The notes beneath the pieces were generated by a model. The model did no database searches, was not told where the DNA came from, and worked only from the letters and a program-made list of their open reading frames with translations. Made by a program: the position numbers and the translations under genes. Positions 13,638 through 26,323 of a stretch of 64,000 bases of DNA are shown here, piece after piece (position 1 is the stretch's first letter; each line of letters starts with the position of its first letter). The stretch lies in NCBI RefSeq assembly GCF_038025025.1, contig NW_027117339.1:186001-250000 (forward strand), read 5' to 3'. The DNA comes from Phyllosticta citribraziliensis. Lineage: Eukaryota.

Positions 13638-16270
13638 GGCTGGTATCTTTTTCGCTTTTCTCTTTCTTTACGAACGTGCTGCTTCTCTCAACGACGCGGG
13701 GAGGAAGAAAGTGGTGAAAGGACGATGAGAAGATGCTGTCAAAGCGAGAGGCGCCATAATGCCCTCACTTTAAGGGATGGACAGAGCCTGCGGCTTCGCA
13801 GTAAAACACCCTGATCAAAGCCGGCCTGCTCGAATCCGAACACGCCGTCTCCCGCCCCTCAGAGCAGCGCTCGAGTGGCGCACCGGACGAGTCGTTTGCG
13901 ACGCATACTCGAAAGAGCGCTGGCAGTGCTGTAGCGTCCGGCCGCGCAACATGCGGGGAAAGTGACGGCAATACCGCAATCTGGACGCCTCTGTTGTGTC
14001 AATGTCGTTCTAGAAGGCGGTCGCCGCTCGTCGTGGACCCCGAAGAAGACTCGAAGTCTAGCGCTTGGCAAGCCGCGTGTCTGGGGATTTTGGTGGTGAT
14101 GACAAGGCTCGATGATGCGTGTTTGGTTCGCTCGTTGTTCTTCAGGGTCTACTGTCTTAGACACTGAACGGCTAGAACCTGCGTGTCTGGAGGTCCTGGT
14201 CACTCGTTTAGTCGATTTGAGATCCATACGCGAGGAGCAAGGCAGTCGTCGGACTACGTGGACTCCCTCCTGGCGCCGGACGGAGAGCTGGCGTTCAGAA
14301 GGAAATAGCCTGGAAAGAAGCCAGCGTACACTGACTTGGCCAACTCCAACTCCCCCATCCTCGCTGAGGACATCGCGCGTCCCCAACCCACAACATCAGA
14401 AGCAGCACCAACGGTCCGGTCCCCGAAAGCCCAAAAGTCTCGACCCCAAGCGGCCCGCGATATCCGCAGATTCTCCATCTACCAACAAGCCCTCCTTTCG
14501 TTGGCCAGACGGCGTCTCAACCGCCGAACAAAGCACGTGAGTGCAGCCTTTGTCCAGATCGCACGCCTGGGAGATGCCACGGTGAGACAATCGAAGCGAC
14601 TGGACTTTCCAAACCAACAACGAGATGGCGCGGCGGGTGAGATGGTGTTTGGGAGGCCAGGTTTCCCGAGAGCGAGAGAAAGTCTCTAGGGGAAGTCGTT
14701 CTGGTTTGCTCCCTCGCATTCGCGATGGGAGGACGCGCCGTCTGGCACTGTCATCGCGCTTCTTGCTTTGTTGATCGGTCTTGTGGGGTTCTGTCTGCTT
14801 GACAATTGGAAATCGATTTTCGGCGGGCGTGTTCTGCTCCCTGTCTTCACTCGGCGCAGCAGCCATTTTCCGTCAATTTTCGCACTCAGTCCGCCATGAG
14901 CGAGCCTGGAATCGAGATGCCGACGAATTTCTCTCTGATTCGAGACTGCGAGGAACCAAAGCACATTGGAAGCGCACCAAGCGGCGAATCCATCCCTGGT
15001 TGAAGCGTAACGCACAAGGAAACCTCGCCGACGCCAGTTGGACTTCATCACGATCTTTACAGAGGAAATGCCAGCCGAAGAGACCCTGGTGGCATTTCCT
15101 CGTCGTTGAACCTGAAAGCCAGTTTCGTTGTCGACCAGAATGCCCCCTGAGCCGAAATACGAACAAAATTCTTGGACAAACAGCGATGGATAATGCGTTC
15201 TTGCGAAGTCCGAAGGCATACAAAGGGCTCAATATCCCCTGGAGGTTCTCATAGCAGCTCTTGACCAACGAGAGAAATGACAACGAGGTAAGAACAGGAA
15301 AGACAGGCGACTCTACAGATGTTGCCCTGGCTCGGGGGAGTCAGCCCTGGCGCATCTTTCACAGCCGCCAGGTTCAAGGACCATGCCAATTGTTCAACAT
15401 TCGTTCAAGAACTTTCTTGCTGACAGGCCAACTCAGCATTGCTTGAAACTACGACTGCGCGCGCCGAACCTCTGTACTCCAACGTACTGTAGCACAGAAC
15501 GAGACCCGCAAGATGTTGAACAACATATGGACAACGCTCAGGTCAAGTATCCACGCGTTGCCCTGCGCCGACCGTGATTTTGTAGCGCCGCTCGACGAAT
15601 GTCGCGCTTCTCAGAGGCCTGTAAATGGCTACCAACGCTTGGAGTGCAGTGTTACCGTATGCGGACAAGGCTTCAGTCGCCTGCGGCCTTGACTTCCCTC
15701 GTGCCGAGAGACTGTCTCCATAACCCAGCAAACCGTACAAACCGTAGAAGTCTGAACTTGCAATATTGCCGAATTTGGACGCCGCCCTAAGCGAGTGCTC
15801 CAAGCAAATCTGCCGCCCGGTCATCCAGCCATTTCATTCTACACCAACCCGTCCCTCGTCACCTCTCACACCTTGACCTTCGGCGACCGCTTCCTTGGCT
15901 AACAAGTCATACACCTCAACGCAGCGGTGCTCGTTCTTCTGTCACCTCTTCATCACCATCCTCCGCATCGTCTTAAATTCCGCTTCAGTTTCGCTCCAGC
16001 GCTACAGGGGCTTGCTGCGCTTGCCGCGCTGGCCAAGCTTCGTTCGGGGTTTCTCTGTAAGTGGCCGCCATTTTGGCCGCCAAATCACACTCCGCCGCCG
16101 CAGCACCGCTCGCTTTTCTCCCACCATTCCATCTCTGCCTTCTGAATTTGCTGACCTTTTTCACCCCTGCAGACTCCTCTCAAGCCCTCATATTCCAGGA
16201 CAGCCCCATTCAATTCCCTCCCGTGTCACCATTGGCATTCGCCCTCGACTCCTCGCCGGTAGTCGAAATC

Positions 16271-17423
16271 ATGGCCGACGAACCAGTGATCGAGGACTGG
16301 GCCAATCCTCCCATGCAGTACATCAAGAACCTCAAACGCATGAAGTGCAGTGAGGAGGACGACTGGATGACGCTCACCAAGGACAGAGCTGGTAAATACC
16401 AGCCGTTCTTCTTTCCTGGTGCCACGTCGACACGCCGTCACGTTAAAAACCCGCTTTGCGGCAAAACCCTCGTGCCTTATCTGCAGTTTTTGGACTTGAA
16501 GTTCGTCCGGACCATTGACTCGAGAGACGCTTATGTCGCGTTGCGCGAAATCTGGATCATAATATTTGGTGAGCCGGTCAACAAGGCGATGGCCAACGCC
16601 CAGTCAGCAAGTCCTGACTCTCACACCGCCGCGGCAGACATGCAAGGACAAGCGAGTTTGCCGGAGTCGTCTGCTATGGAAGACCAAGCAGCTGCAGATC
16701 AGGAGGTCACTGCCTCTGCTTCCTCGGACGGAGTTGGCGTTCAGTGTAAGTCGGATTCTGTTCCTGGGGCGATCTCGCTGACTAGTTGATAGACCAAGCT
16801 GGCAGCCAATTGGCTCCCTCCACTCCCAACCTTAGCATCACAAGTTCCAAGACAATTGGTCTTCAAGGTAAGCTTTGATGGCCTCTATCATAGCATATTG
16901 TTGACCTTTGATTTGTTCAGATGTTGCGCCTGGTTCGGGTCTTGGTGCCACCACCCCCACCAGCTTTCCCCCGGACCTCATCATTGTCAAGACCAAAGAT
17001 CGGCCCAAGACGTTGCAGCAATCGGGACTGGACCCGAACACGCGCAGCAGGTCTAAGAGAAAGAGATCAGAGTCCGATGATGGACAGTTGGTCGCCACGT
17101 CGTTGCGGGCCAGTTCTGCATCTTCGTCGTCAAATACGCGCCCCTCTGCTCGCGGTGAGATTGAGAGAAAAGTCAAGGCTGCCAAAGATAAGGTTGTCGT
17201 AAGTCTGCCATCTCCATGTTGTGAATCATTACCGTACTAAGTGAATTTCCAGAGAGAATCGCTTGTTGATCTCGGCAAAGAGGTCATAAAGAATGCTCAG
17301 GATTGGATCGCCAAGGTGGAAACCGCCGAGACTGGCGACGGCAACATCGCCGGCGCACTTCTCAATGTGCAAAACGTCGTGAATGACGGTCAAATGGCTC
17401 TTGAACTCTTGAATATGGACTAG
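16271..17423 (+). CDS. Orphan protein, 332 aa; long member of the tandem paralogue array
   Basis: Exons 16271-16745, 16793-16867, 16921-17198 and 17253-17423 splice to an open 999-nt frame; all introns begin GTAAG and end AG. Basic NLS-like RSKRKR. The C-terminus aligns with the three downstream genes. Confidence 0.75.
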
Positions 17424-18250
17424 GTCCGGCGCGCGAGAGGTTGGAAGAGCTTACCGATGTCGAGGAGTAATCAATCTGCTCGCCAGATGAAGGGGCATAC
17501 TCTTGAAATGGTGGCCACAGCAAAGATCGATCGTGTGGGGATGAAGTGTTTCGGAGTCCTTCTCTTCTCTTGGTCTGGTGGTGGCTGAGGAATGAAATCT
17601 GGTCGCAATGGTGGGAGCGTCAAGTTTTTAACAAGGATGGTCATCGCAAAGTCCAATATGGAGATGGAATGACTAGGGACGCTACCTTCCTTTGTCTGCT
17701 GGGGCTTCATCGACGGACAGCTTTAAGATGAACGAAGAATCAATGCTTCAGGGACGGCCGGCGGGCGGAATTTCGCAAGCACACGGGTAGTCTCTGCACA
17801 ATCAAGGGATCAATCGCCCTTAGGGCTTTTCAACCTTGGAAATCAATCCATAATTTTCATGCAGCCAGGTGGCTTAAGTCGAACGAGTACTGAGCAACTT
17901 CTAGAACCAAAAGTCCAGTCTTTGGACAATCAAGGCTGTCAGGTAAGTCGTTTCTGGCCTTGCTCCATTGTTCACGCTGCTGGCAAGTTTGCTTGTGCAA
18001 AGCAGACATCTCAGATCCAAACCTTCACACTGAGCTTCACACAGCGCTTGCACTGCTTACCGTTTTGGGCCGCCTACCACTTTGTGAAGCTTCACTTCAC
18101 ATGTGAACTCTGGTACCTACTTGCCAAACTCTGCTTGCGGTCCTTGACCAAACTTCAACACCCTCCAGGCTGTCAGCCACATCCGTCCCTCACCATCAGC
18201 ATCGACCACTCTGTACCCTCTCAACCAACCACCTCGGCGAACTTGACACC

Positions 18251-18818
18251 ATGTCGGCTCCCAAGCAGGAGGAAGACCCGGTATCTTACCACGTCTGCAT
18301 GTTTATTTCATGAAAGCTAAGATGTCTCTCCAGATCACAAAAAGATTCCCGGAAGAGTACGATCAAGCTCGCAACTTCATCGAACTGAAGGTTGAAATCG
18401 GCAAACACAAGGAAAACGTAAGCTTACTCGCCACCGCCACTCTCTTGACTGTGGATGCTGACGGATGGGCTCAAAGGGCAAAGGAATCATCGCTCTCATG
18501 GAGCAGATCAAGGAAACCGCTGATGCTACCAAAGCCACGGTCGAACGCATCGAGAACAGACTCACTTCCCTGGTCTCAAAGATGGATCGCGAGGAAAACT
18601 TCATGGACAGCTCCGGTGACATTGTCTCGGAAACCCTCTGGTCGACCTGCGAGAATCTGGACGAAGACTATGACGAGGATGACTTTGACAATGCGACACC
18701 TGGTGGCTACAACGGCATCAAGCAAATTGCGAAGCTTGCCAATCTAGCAGCTCAACTGTTGAAGGAGCAACGATTGGCTCGCAAGAAGATGGCAAATGTG
18801 TCCGGCCTCTACGTCTGA
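18251..18818 (+). CDS. Orphan small helical protein, 151 aa (array member 2)
   Basis: Exons 18251-18280, 18334-18417 and 18477-18818; both introns phase 0 with GCTAAG/GCTGAC branch sites. Confidence 0.8.
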
Positions 18819-19686
18819 TTGGAGAACTCGCAATCGATGATGATCTGAGCTTGGAGGCAGGGAACCAGATGGTTGAGAGCGGAAAAGACAGCTGGAAAGC
18901 AAACAACAAGGGCATCTGGTTTTCCTTGGATCAGGTTAGAGCGCATCAGCAGCAAAAGTGCAGGGCAATCAAGCAGGGCTGCATCAGAATCGGGTGGAAA
19001 TTTGCTGGTACATTCACCTCCTTCGGCACACGGTCAAAAAGCCCGTCAAGGAATCAAAAGTAGTCAATCACACGACTGGACACAAAATTCAAGTTCTAGT
19101 TCTCCAGTTGTCCAGTCCAATGTCTTGAAAAAATGAAGTCGTGACCATGTTGCACTGTACCATATTTTGCGCAGAAGCAAAGCGCGTGAACCAATCTCAG
19201 GGCAGTCCTGCGGTCAACGCCCAAGGTTCTCGCAGGGAAAATGCCAGGCAACCGGCCTTTGATCTTGGCCTCTGTTCCAGAGCTGCTTGTGGGTTTGTTT
19301 GCGCGCCTCGTTCGGCAGTCCGCGTCCTATCTTTTACGTCCACTTTTCCACAACAAACGCCCGACGAGTCTTGATTCCGCCTGACCCATGAGCGACAGAG
19401 GCCTGTGCGGCTCGACCGCCCGCAGTCAGGTGACGTCATTGGGGAGTCGTTCGGTTAGCTGCTGTGAGTAGCTTTAGACGCGTCCTCAGGCGCGTCCCCC
19501 CAGACAAAACAATGCATTTGGCTTGCAGCGCCCTCACTGACCTGCCCTCCACATCGAGTGTTGATCAATTCCGCCCGCGGTGCCTCGCCAAATCTCTACA
19601 TTCTCCACCTCCTACCACGCCCAAGCCTTCTGCGTCGAGACTGCGCCGTCTACGCCTTTCCAACACCCCAATCGCAATCTGGTATC

Positions 19687-20235
19687 ATGGCTTCCCTCGA
19701 GTCGGAAGAAGTCACAGTAAGCTTACCGTATTGATTCACTCCGTTGGTGAAAGCTAAGACACTTGCCCAGTACCCGCAGGAGCATGACGACGAATTTTTC
19801 AAGAGATCTTGTCAGATCAAAGAATTGAAGGCGCAGGTTGCCAAGCTGCAGCAGATGGTAAGCCAGCAACACCTGTCTTATTGATTGAGAGTGGTCCACT
19901 CAGCTGTTGCGCAGGACATCGAGCTCCTTGGACACTTGGAGCGCATCGAATTTAACGTCGCCGAAGCCAAGATCAACCTTCAGCAGCGCAGGGTCGACAT
20001 GGACGGGCTGTCGGAAACCTTGGAAAAAATGTTGCAGGATGGATACCCGCTGCCTAAGGCTGTCGAGGATGCGCTCCGCAACAACGCTGAATACAGTATT
20101 GGCAGGGTGGATATCCCTTGCGGATTCTCAAACGTCTCGCTGGTCTCTCACGATACCCAGGTGGCAATGCATCTTTTCAAAGCCCAGGGTTCGGCTCGTC
20201 GCGAGATGTTGGCGCTGGCCAAAAAGCATGAATAA
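19687..20235 (+). CDS. Orphan small helical protein, 145 aa (array member 3)
   Basis: Exons 19687-19716, 19771-19857 and 19915-20235; both introns phase 0 with GTAAGC donors. Confidence 0.8.
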
Positions 20236-21018
20236 ACATGAATGGTCAGTTGCAAGGGAGGAAGGGCTACGAGGAGATCTCTTCTCACTCAAGGTCGTCG
20301 TTGCAAACTTGGCAGGCCAGGCCGTCATTTCCTGGTCATGGGCAAGACCGGGTGGATGCATTTCCCTCAGGTCAATCGAAATCCAAAGAAGTTCTTCAAG
20401 ACAACTGTTTCAGATGTTATCGTGGTGACCAGTTCCAGAATCCCATGTCCAACCTTCGGCTCCTTTGTGAACAGAATTCCATCATTCATGCCTTGCTCTT
20501 TCTTTCTGCATGATGTCTGAAGTCGTCGAATAGGCCGTGGTACCTGAGGACCTTGCCCGCAAAGTTCTGATAGTTGATGAACAACAGTGTCACTGGTCGA
20601 AGAGAACACTGAGGGATCACTTTGGGTCATCAGTTGGTTGGAGCCGATAGCATGGAAGACTTCCTCTCTTGGTTCTCTAGTAGCGAGATTTCATGAGTAG
20701 AGACTCTGCAGGTCGCCCTCTTCGCACCTCATGATGAGCTGGAATCAACCAGCCTTTGACTTCGCACTCACCACTGAAGGCGCTCGTGGTTTTGGCTGGG
20801 CGGCTCGTTCGGCAATCAATTTCCAATCCTTCACATCCAAGTTTTCACATCAAGCGCCCGCGTCACGGGCGGCCAAATTTCACTCCGCACTGGAGGGGCT
20901 ATAAAGTCCGCTCGCCGCTCTTCGCCAAAGATCTAACAACCCCACCTCCAACCATCGGCTTCGCCCATCACCATCCAACAAGATCGATCCCCTCGGACTG
21001 GCCCACCACCTCTGCAAC

Positions 21019-21560
21019 ATGGAGGAGTTTGAAGTTAGTCCATCACCGCAGCCCTGTTTGCTGACAATCGCTAAGCGCTGTTGCAGATGATGTGGGAAGA
21101 GAAGGCGGAGCACAAGTACGCTTGTCAGAACAAAGATCTGAAGCTTCAGACTGTCATTGCCCAGCATCTGGTAATGTTGACGCCATGGCCCTGTTAATCA
21201 GTTACGAGCAGCTGCTGACCTACCACCCAGGGTACCGAGCTTCTCGCACTCTTCAAGCAGACGAAGGAAAAGCTTGAGCTGGCGACGGCCGCCACTGAAC
21301 ACGACATGGCCGAGTTGGCTAAGCTCAGCACCAACGCGGACAAGAATTTCTACGACAGTCCGAAGCCGCGCGAACTCGTCGTTCACACAGTCCTTGAGAA
21401 GACCGGTGAATACAAGGTGTACCCCAAGAGCTTCAACGACATTTTCGAGATGCTTGAGCATGCCAAGCTGGCCTTTCATTTGGTCGGCAGCCAATGCCGG
21501 GCGCGCGAGAAGATGTTGACGCTGGTCGAGACGGACATCGACGAGAAGGACAGTGAGTGA
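21019..21560 (+). CDS. Orphan small helical protein, 142 aa (array member 4)
   Basis: Exons 21019-21033, 21087-21170 and 21231-21560; both introns phase 0. TATAAA lies about 120 bp upstream. Confidence 0.8.
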
Positions 21561-21983
21561 TCACTTTGGGTCGTCAGCTGGGTTGGAGTTGGACAACACG
21601 GGCGACTTACTCTCTCAGTACTCTGGTAGCCAGATCATGAATGGAAACCTTGGGTCTCACCCTCCTCGTGCCTTGTGATGAGCATCATTGGAAATCAAAA
21701 GAGTAGTCATGAAGTCTGGTTCGCAAGCAAGGCAAATTCAACACCGCTGCGCAAATGCATTGATATATGGGAATACAGCGAAATTCTGCACATCAGCCAC
21801 TTCTGCCTGAGTGCGGCCCCTCTCTCCTAGGAGAGAAAGGGTAGAAAGTAAATGGGAGTCAACATCTTAGCCTCGTGACTCGTGACTCGCCCCGGCTGGG
21901 CAGTCCCCCTCCGTCTTCGAATTCCGCGGTCTTCCTGGACAGCTCTTGCAGGTCACCACCTCCTCGGAGTCAGCGGAGTTGAT

Positions 21984-23293
21984 TTAGGCCTTGAACTTCC
22001 TGGCAACGGTGCCGGAAGACGCAGTAGCGCCAACAGTGACGGTGACCGTGGCGGTCTGGATGTTGGAAACGTAGACAGTCTCGGTGGTAGTCGAGATGTA
22101 GTTACCGCCAGCGGCGGCAGCTGAGGAGGCAACGACGGCCGCGGGAGTGGTCACAGGGGTGCTGGCGGCCGCGCTGGTGGCGGCGACAGCGACGGCGCTC
22201 GAAGTGACCTCGGCCTCGTCCTCGTCATCGCAGTCGTACTCCTCGTCGTCCTCAGCGGTAGCAGAGGCGCTGGGAGTAGCAACAGCAGCCACAGCGCTCG
22301 AGGACTGGACAACGGCGCTGGAAGACTGGACGACAGCGGCAGCAGCCGAGCTGGTAGCAGCAACAGGGGTCGAAGCCGCAGCGCTGGTGGCAGCCACAGA
22401 AGCCGCACCAGTGGCAGAAGCTCCACTGCTAGCGCCGGTCCAGACAGTAGGGCCGGGGATGGGGTAGGTCGAAAAGTCGCCGTACATGTTGAACAGAATA
22501 CCCGCGTCATCCGCCGCGTAGGCGCCGGGAAGAGCCACGCCCTCAGGAAGGCTGGTAGTTCCACTTCCTTTTAAAATTAGCTGGATACACTCCATGTAGA
22601 ACTGCGCTTTAGAGACGTTAATAGAGATGTCCTGAGATCGGAGAAATAGTCCACAAACCTCCTCCCTCGTTCGAAGCCTCATGGAGAGCAATAATCTCAG
22701 GGCGGAGAAGATAGTTGCCAGGAGTAACGTCAGGAATAGTGATACTGTGTTTTCCCTTGTTGGAAATCAAAGTATCAACGGCCCATGTGCCGTCTTGATA
22801 TCCGTCGGCTGCGAGCTTGCTCCAACCGGTTCCGTTTCCGCCCTTGTCGGCCTCCGCCATGTATGTCATGACCTAAAATTGGTCAGCCTGCGTCTACCCA
22901 GGTATCCAAACAGCCAGAAATACCGGGCCCTTGTGAGATGAGGCGATTATATCGTCAGAGGAGTCGCGGGAGTTGTGGTGCCACTCAAAGGTGATTTTGT
23001 CACCAGCCGAAACCTCCAGAGACTTTGCAGTCTCTACATTGTTGACATTGCACGTCATATCGGTAGAGCTACATGTACTACGTTAGAAAGAAGTCCAACG
23101 CGCTAATTTGGGGCCGGGAAACGTACGTGACGTCCTTGACGGGGTCGTTGTTGGGAGGGCTACGAATGTAGCCGCTGTCACTGTTGCCAAGTCCCTGGTC
23201 AACATCGTTGATCCAGACAGCGTAAACAGTGGTGTGGGCGTAGGCCAGCTTCGCCGCAGCTGCCAGAGCAAGGGCACCGTAGGTAGTCTTCAT
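21984..23293 (-). CDS. AA9 lytic polysaccharide monooxygenase with long low-complexity C-terminal extension
   Basis: Signal peptide then His1 ([11 protein letters not shown]), [48 protein letters not shown]; three introns. Confidence 0.95.
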
Positions 23294-24542
23294 TTTGAAA
23301 GAGTGTGGTTGTTTGTAAGGGGTTGAAAGAACGAATGTGGACGCAAATGCGCAGCAGCGTCGAAGAGAATGAAAGCAGGTCTAGCCGGGCTTGTTGGAAC
23401 GATAAACAAGACCAAGATATCCCAAGCTCTTCTTATATACAGCCATCACGCTCGCTCCGCTCGGAAATTGCCAGTCTGGAGTCGGTGGAGTGAGCCAGCG
23501 CTTTCAGCGTCGAGGCTTTTGCCAAGAGCTGTATAGCATTCGCTAACGCTTTTCTATGCTGATGCGGCGCGTGCATTTGGCGATGGGCGAGCTCGAAGGC
23601 TGTCGAGTTTCATATATTTGCAACATTCAACTCCACAGCGCGGTACGATGGCCGAAAAAGGACAAGGCTGAGGGCGTTGGCCAATCGCTTCGCCGTTGAA
23701 ACGCAAGTGCCCATGCGCGTGGTCTTTGCGTGTTACTCCTTCCGCACCTTAACGAGATGATGGAACACCACTTCGCTCCTGCTCAACCGCAGAACAAGCG
23801 GTAAACCAGCAAAAAGGAGTGGCCGCGGTCGCGAAGGCAGACGCCTGCTGTGCCCATGTCTGGAAAAGGCCGTGGCTTGTATTCAACAACAAAGGCTTCG
23901 GTTTGACGGTCCGCCGTCCCCGCCTCTTCTTTTTCCATCTCCCCCACGGCAACGCCAGATTTTGCTGGATGATTCGACTCATTGTTGGTGTTCACGATGC
24001 TCTCCTATCAGCAGGGGCTTTGACGAAAGAGGCGGTCCAGCAGTCTCCACGATCTACGGCAAGGGGTCGAGCAAAGATCCGGAGTACGGTCGGTGCGCCA
24101 TGGATGAGACATGATGTTGAGCATGGATTCGTTGGTCGCCTTTCATGGACGCAGTTTTTCCGTCCAATGCTTCGGCGCAGGATTGCCTCGTTGTCGGCTT
24201 CTCTGTCTTCAAGAACCGAAGAGGCCCGATGTTCTTGAAATGGACCTGTGGAACAGGAATCAAATTTTCTTGGCAGGCAATGCAGTCAGCTCTCCTATTT
24301 GTCGCTTCTTGTTGCTCCTTTCGGCCAAGGGATCTTGACCGAGGATTCACGAGCTTGATTGTGAGGTGTTTAAGCTTATCATGAAGAACAAGCGCCGTGG
24401 CCAGTTGCTGCGCGTCGGCAGATCGTTTTGAAGAGCGCGCAGCGGCTTCTAGGGCCGACCTGGCGCTTCCGGACTATCGTTCCTCCAGTGCGCTATCTTT
24501 TGACAACGGCTGGCCATCTGCTTCCAAATTCTCCAGCGAAAC

Positions 24543-24830
24543 ATGTCTTCTACTCTTCAATCTCGTCTGGAGCACTTTCTTACTCATCGTGCGCATCCGA
24601 AAACGTTCTGCCCTTCTGAGGTCGCTCGTGCTCTCTCCAGCCAAGACCTAACGGCCGAAGGCGCAAAAGAGTGGCGTGAACTCATGCCGAGGATCCGACA
24701 GATACTTTGGGAAATGCGAGACCGTGGAGAAGTTGAAATCCTACAGCGGGGAGAAGTTCTTGGTGATCATGTTGGCATCGACGACGTCAAAGGTCCAATC
24801 CGGGCGCGGAGAATATCTGGTCATGAATGA
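24543..24830 (+). CDS. DUF3253 family small protein
   Basis: KTFCPSEVARAL...WRELMPRIR...GEVEILQRGE...KGPIRAR signature. Confidence 0.85.
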   Translation: MSSTLQSRLEHFLTHRAHPKTFCPSEVARALSSQDLTAEGAKEWRELMPRIRQILWEMRDRGEVEILQRGEVLGDHVGIDDVKGPIRARRISGHE

Positions 24831-24949
24831 GCCGAGCAAACAGCGAGCCGCAACGGGAAGCAAATCTGTGCCTATAGGCAGAAGTCTTTGGGAACTTTGC
24901 GCAAGGCTGGCGATCTGGTGAGTAAGGAGCAGGGCTTGTATTCTGCCTC

Positions 24950-26323
24950 TACCAAATACTCTATCCTGCGTCATGGTCTTGTGGCCTCACTCACCGAAGA
25001 GCAGCTCGTCAATCGCCCTCCCCATATCTTCCAGTACCCTGCCGACGGCTCAGCCGTCCATCAGCTGCCTGCTCTCGTCCACGTGGCCACAATGTTCATC
25101 TCTGGCTCCCAACATCCTTGGAGATCGACGTTTCCAGCTCTTCAGATCACTCATGGACAAAGTGTCGAGTGTTTCGCAGAAATCTTTGTCCATGAATGCT
25201 GTACGACTCTAATCAACCGCCTGGCCCTCTTGGCCTCTTGGAGTGGAGTATCGATCTTCTTGAATTACGGATTCGGTATGTCCTGGATGCGCTGTCCATC
25301 GAAATCGTCATCAGCCAACCGTTCCAGCATGAACGCCTTCGAAGTCGTCGCCAGCATGTCCACATTTTCCTCGTGTTTGGCCTCGTCAATTTCCTCTGAC
25401 TCATCATGGAGGAAAAACTTGCAACAATTAATGACCAGCCACCCATAATAAAGTAGATACCTACCTCGTTAAAGGAGACCACGTCTCCCCAAGGCGCGAC
25501 ATGGAGGAAGTTCATGAGAGCAGCAAGGTTCACCAATTCATCACCGACGGGTGTCGCAGTGCAGGCAACACGCTGATCGCTTTTCAAAGCACAGACTGCG
25601 GCGTTCGTGCTGCTCTCTACGTCGTGTAGAGCATGAGCTTCGTCTACGATGACTCGGCCCCAAGGTGTGGCGAGAACGGCAAGATGAGGGCGCTCTTCGG
25701 TGTAAGTTTCCTTCTGTTGGACCAACCGCCGAAGGTACCTCTCCTGCGCGGAGTACTTGCCCTCGAGGTAAGCGAAGGAACAGACAACCACGTCGAAGCT
25801 CTCGAAAAACTGGATAGTCGGTTGCGGATCGTCTGCTTCGTCTGAAAAAGCTTTAGCGCGAATCAAAGAATGCTCATGGATGGAACGGACTCAAGCGGAG
25901 CACTCTGAACATTGGACTGTGGACGCGAGTCTGAAGCTCAGTCATCCACATGTTGACCAAATCGGCCGGACAAACGATGAGGGTGGGCGTCACCGGGCGT
26001 TCCAGCATAAGTGCAATCAGCTCGATGGTCTTGCCCATACCTTTGGCGTCGCCAAGCACGGCGTAACCTCTCTTGTCTAATTTCTGACAGAGAAAACCCA
26101 CGCCCTCCATTTGGTAATTCTTCAGCTTGGTGGGCAACAACCGTGCGGGCGATTGAGTCAAGGATGCGGCTGTGTGCGTCAAGTGATCAGACTCCTGTAT
26201 TCCTTCCTCGAACAGTTTCTTGGCTTCGTCCAAGAATTCCTGCTTTGAACCCTTGAAGACGTATCGGTTGGTGGCTGCCTAAGCTGTGGCGTCCGAGACG
26301 ACCTCCATAATGTTGAAATCCAT
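24950..26323 (-). pseudogene. SNF2-family (Rad5/16-like) ATPase pseudogene
   Basis: LKNYQMEGVGFL, GDAKGMGKT, TLIVCPADLVNMW, RVIVDEAH, CTATP motifs. In-frame TAG at 26279-26281 and TAA at 25265-25267. No intact helicase-C half; 3' boundary approximate. Confidence 0.75.

Noticed and set aside
13800..16270. Fragmentary ORFs and possible upstream exons of the 16271 gene
   Set aside because: Intron 16057-16171 looks real and the upstream exon is in frame, but no start codon could be linked to it; treated as probable 5'UTR.
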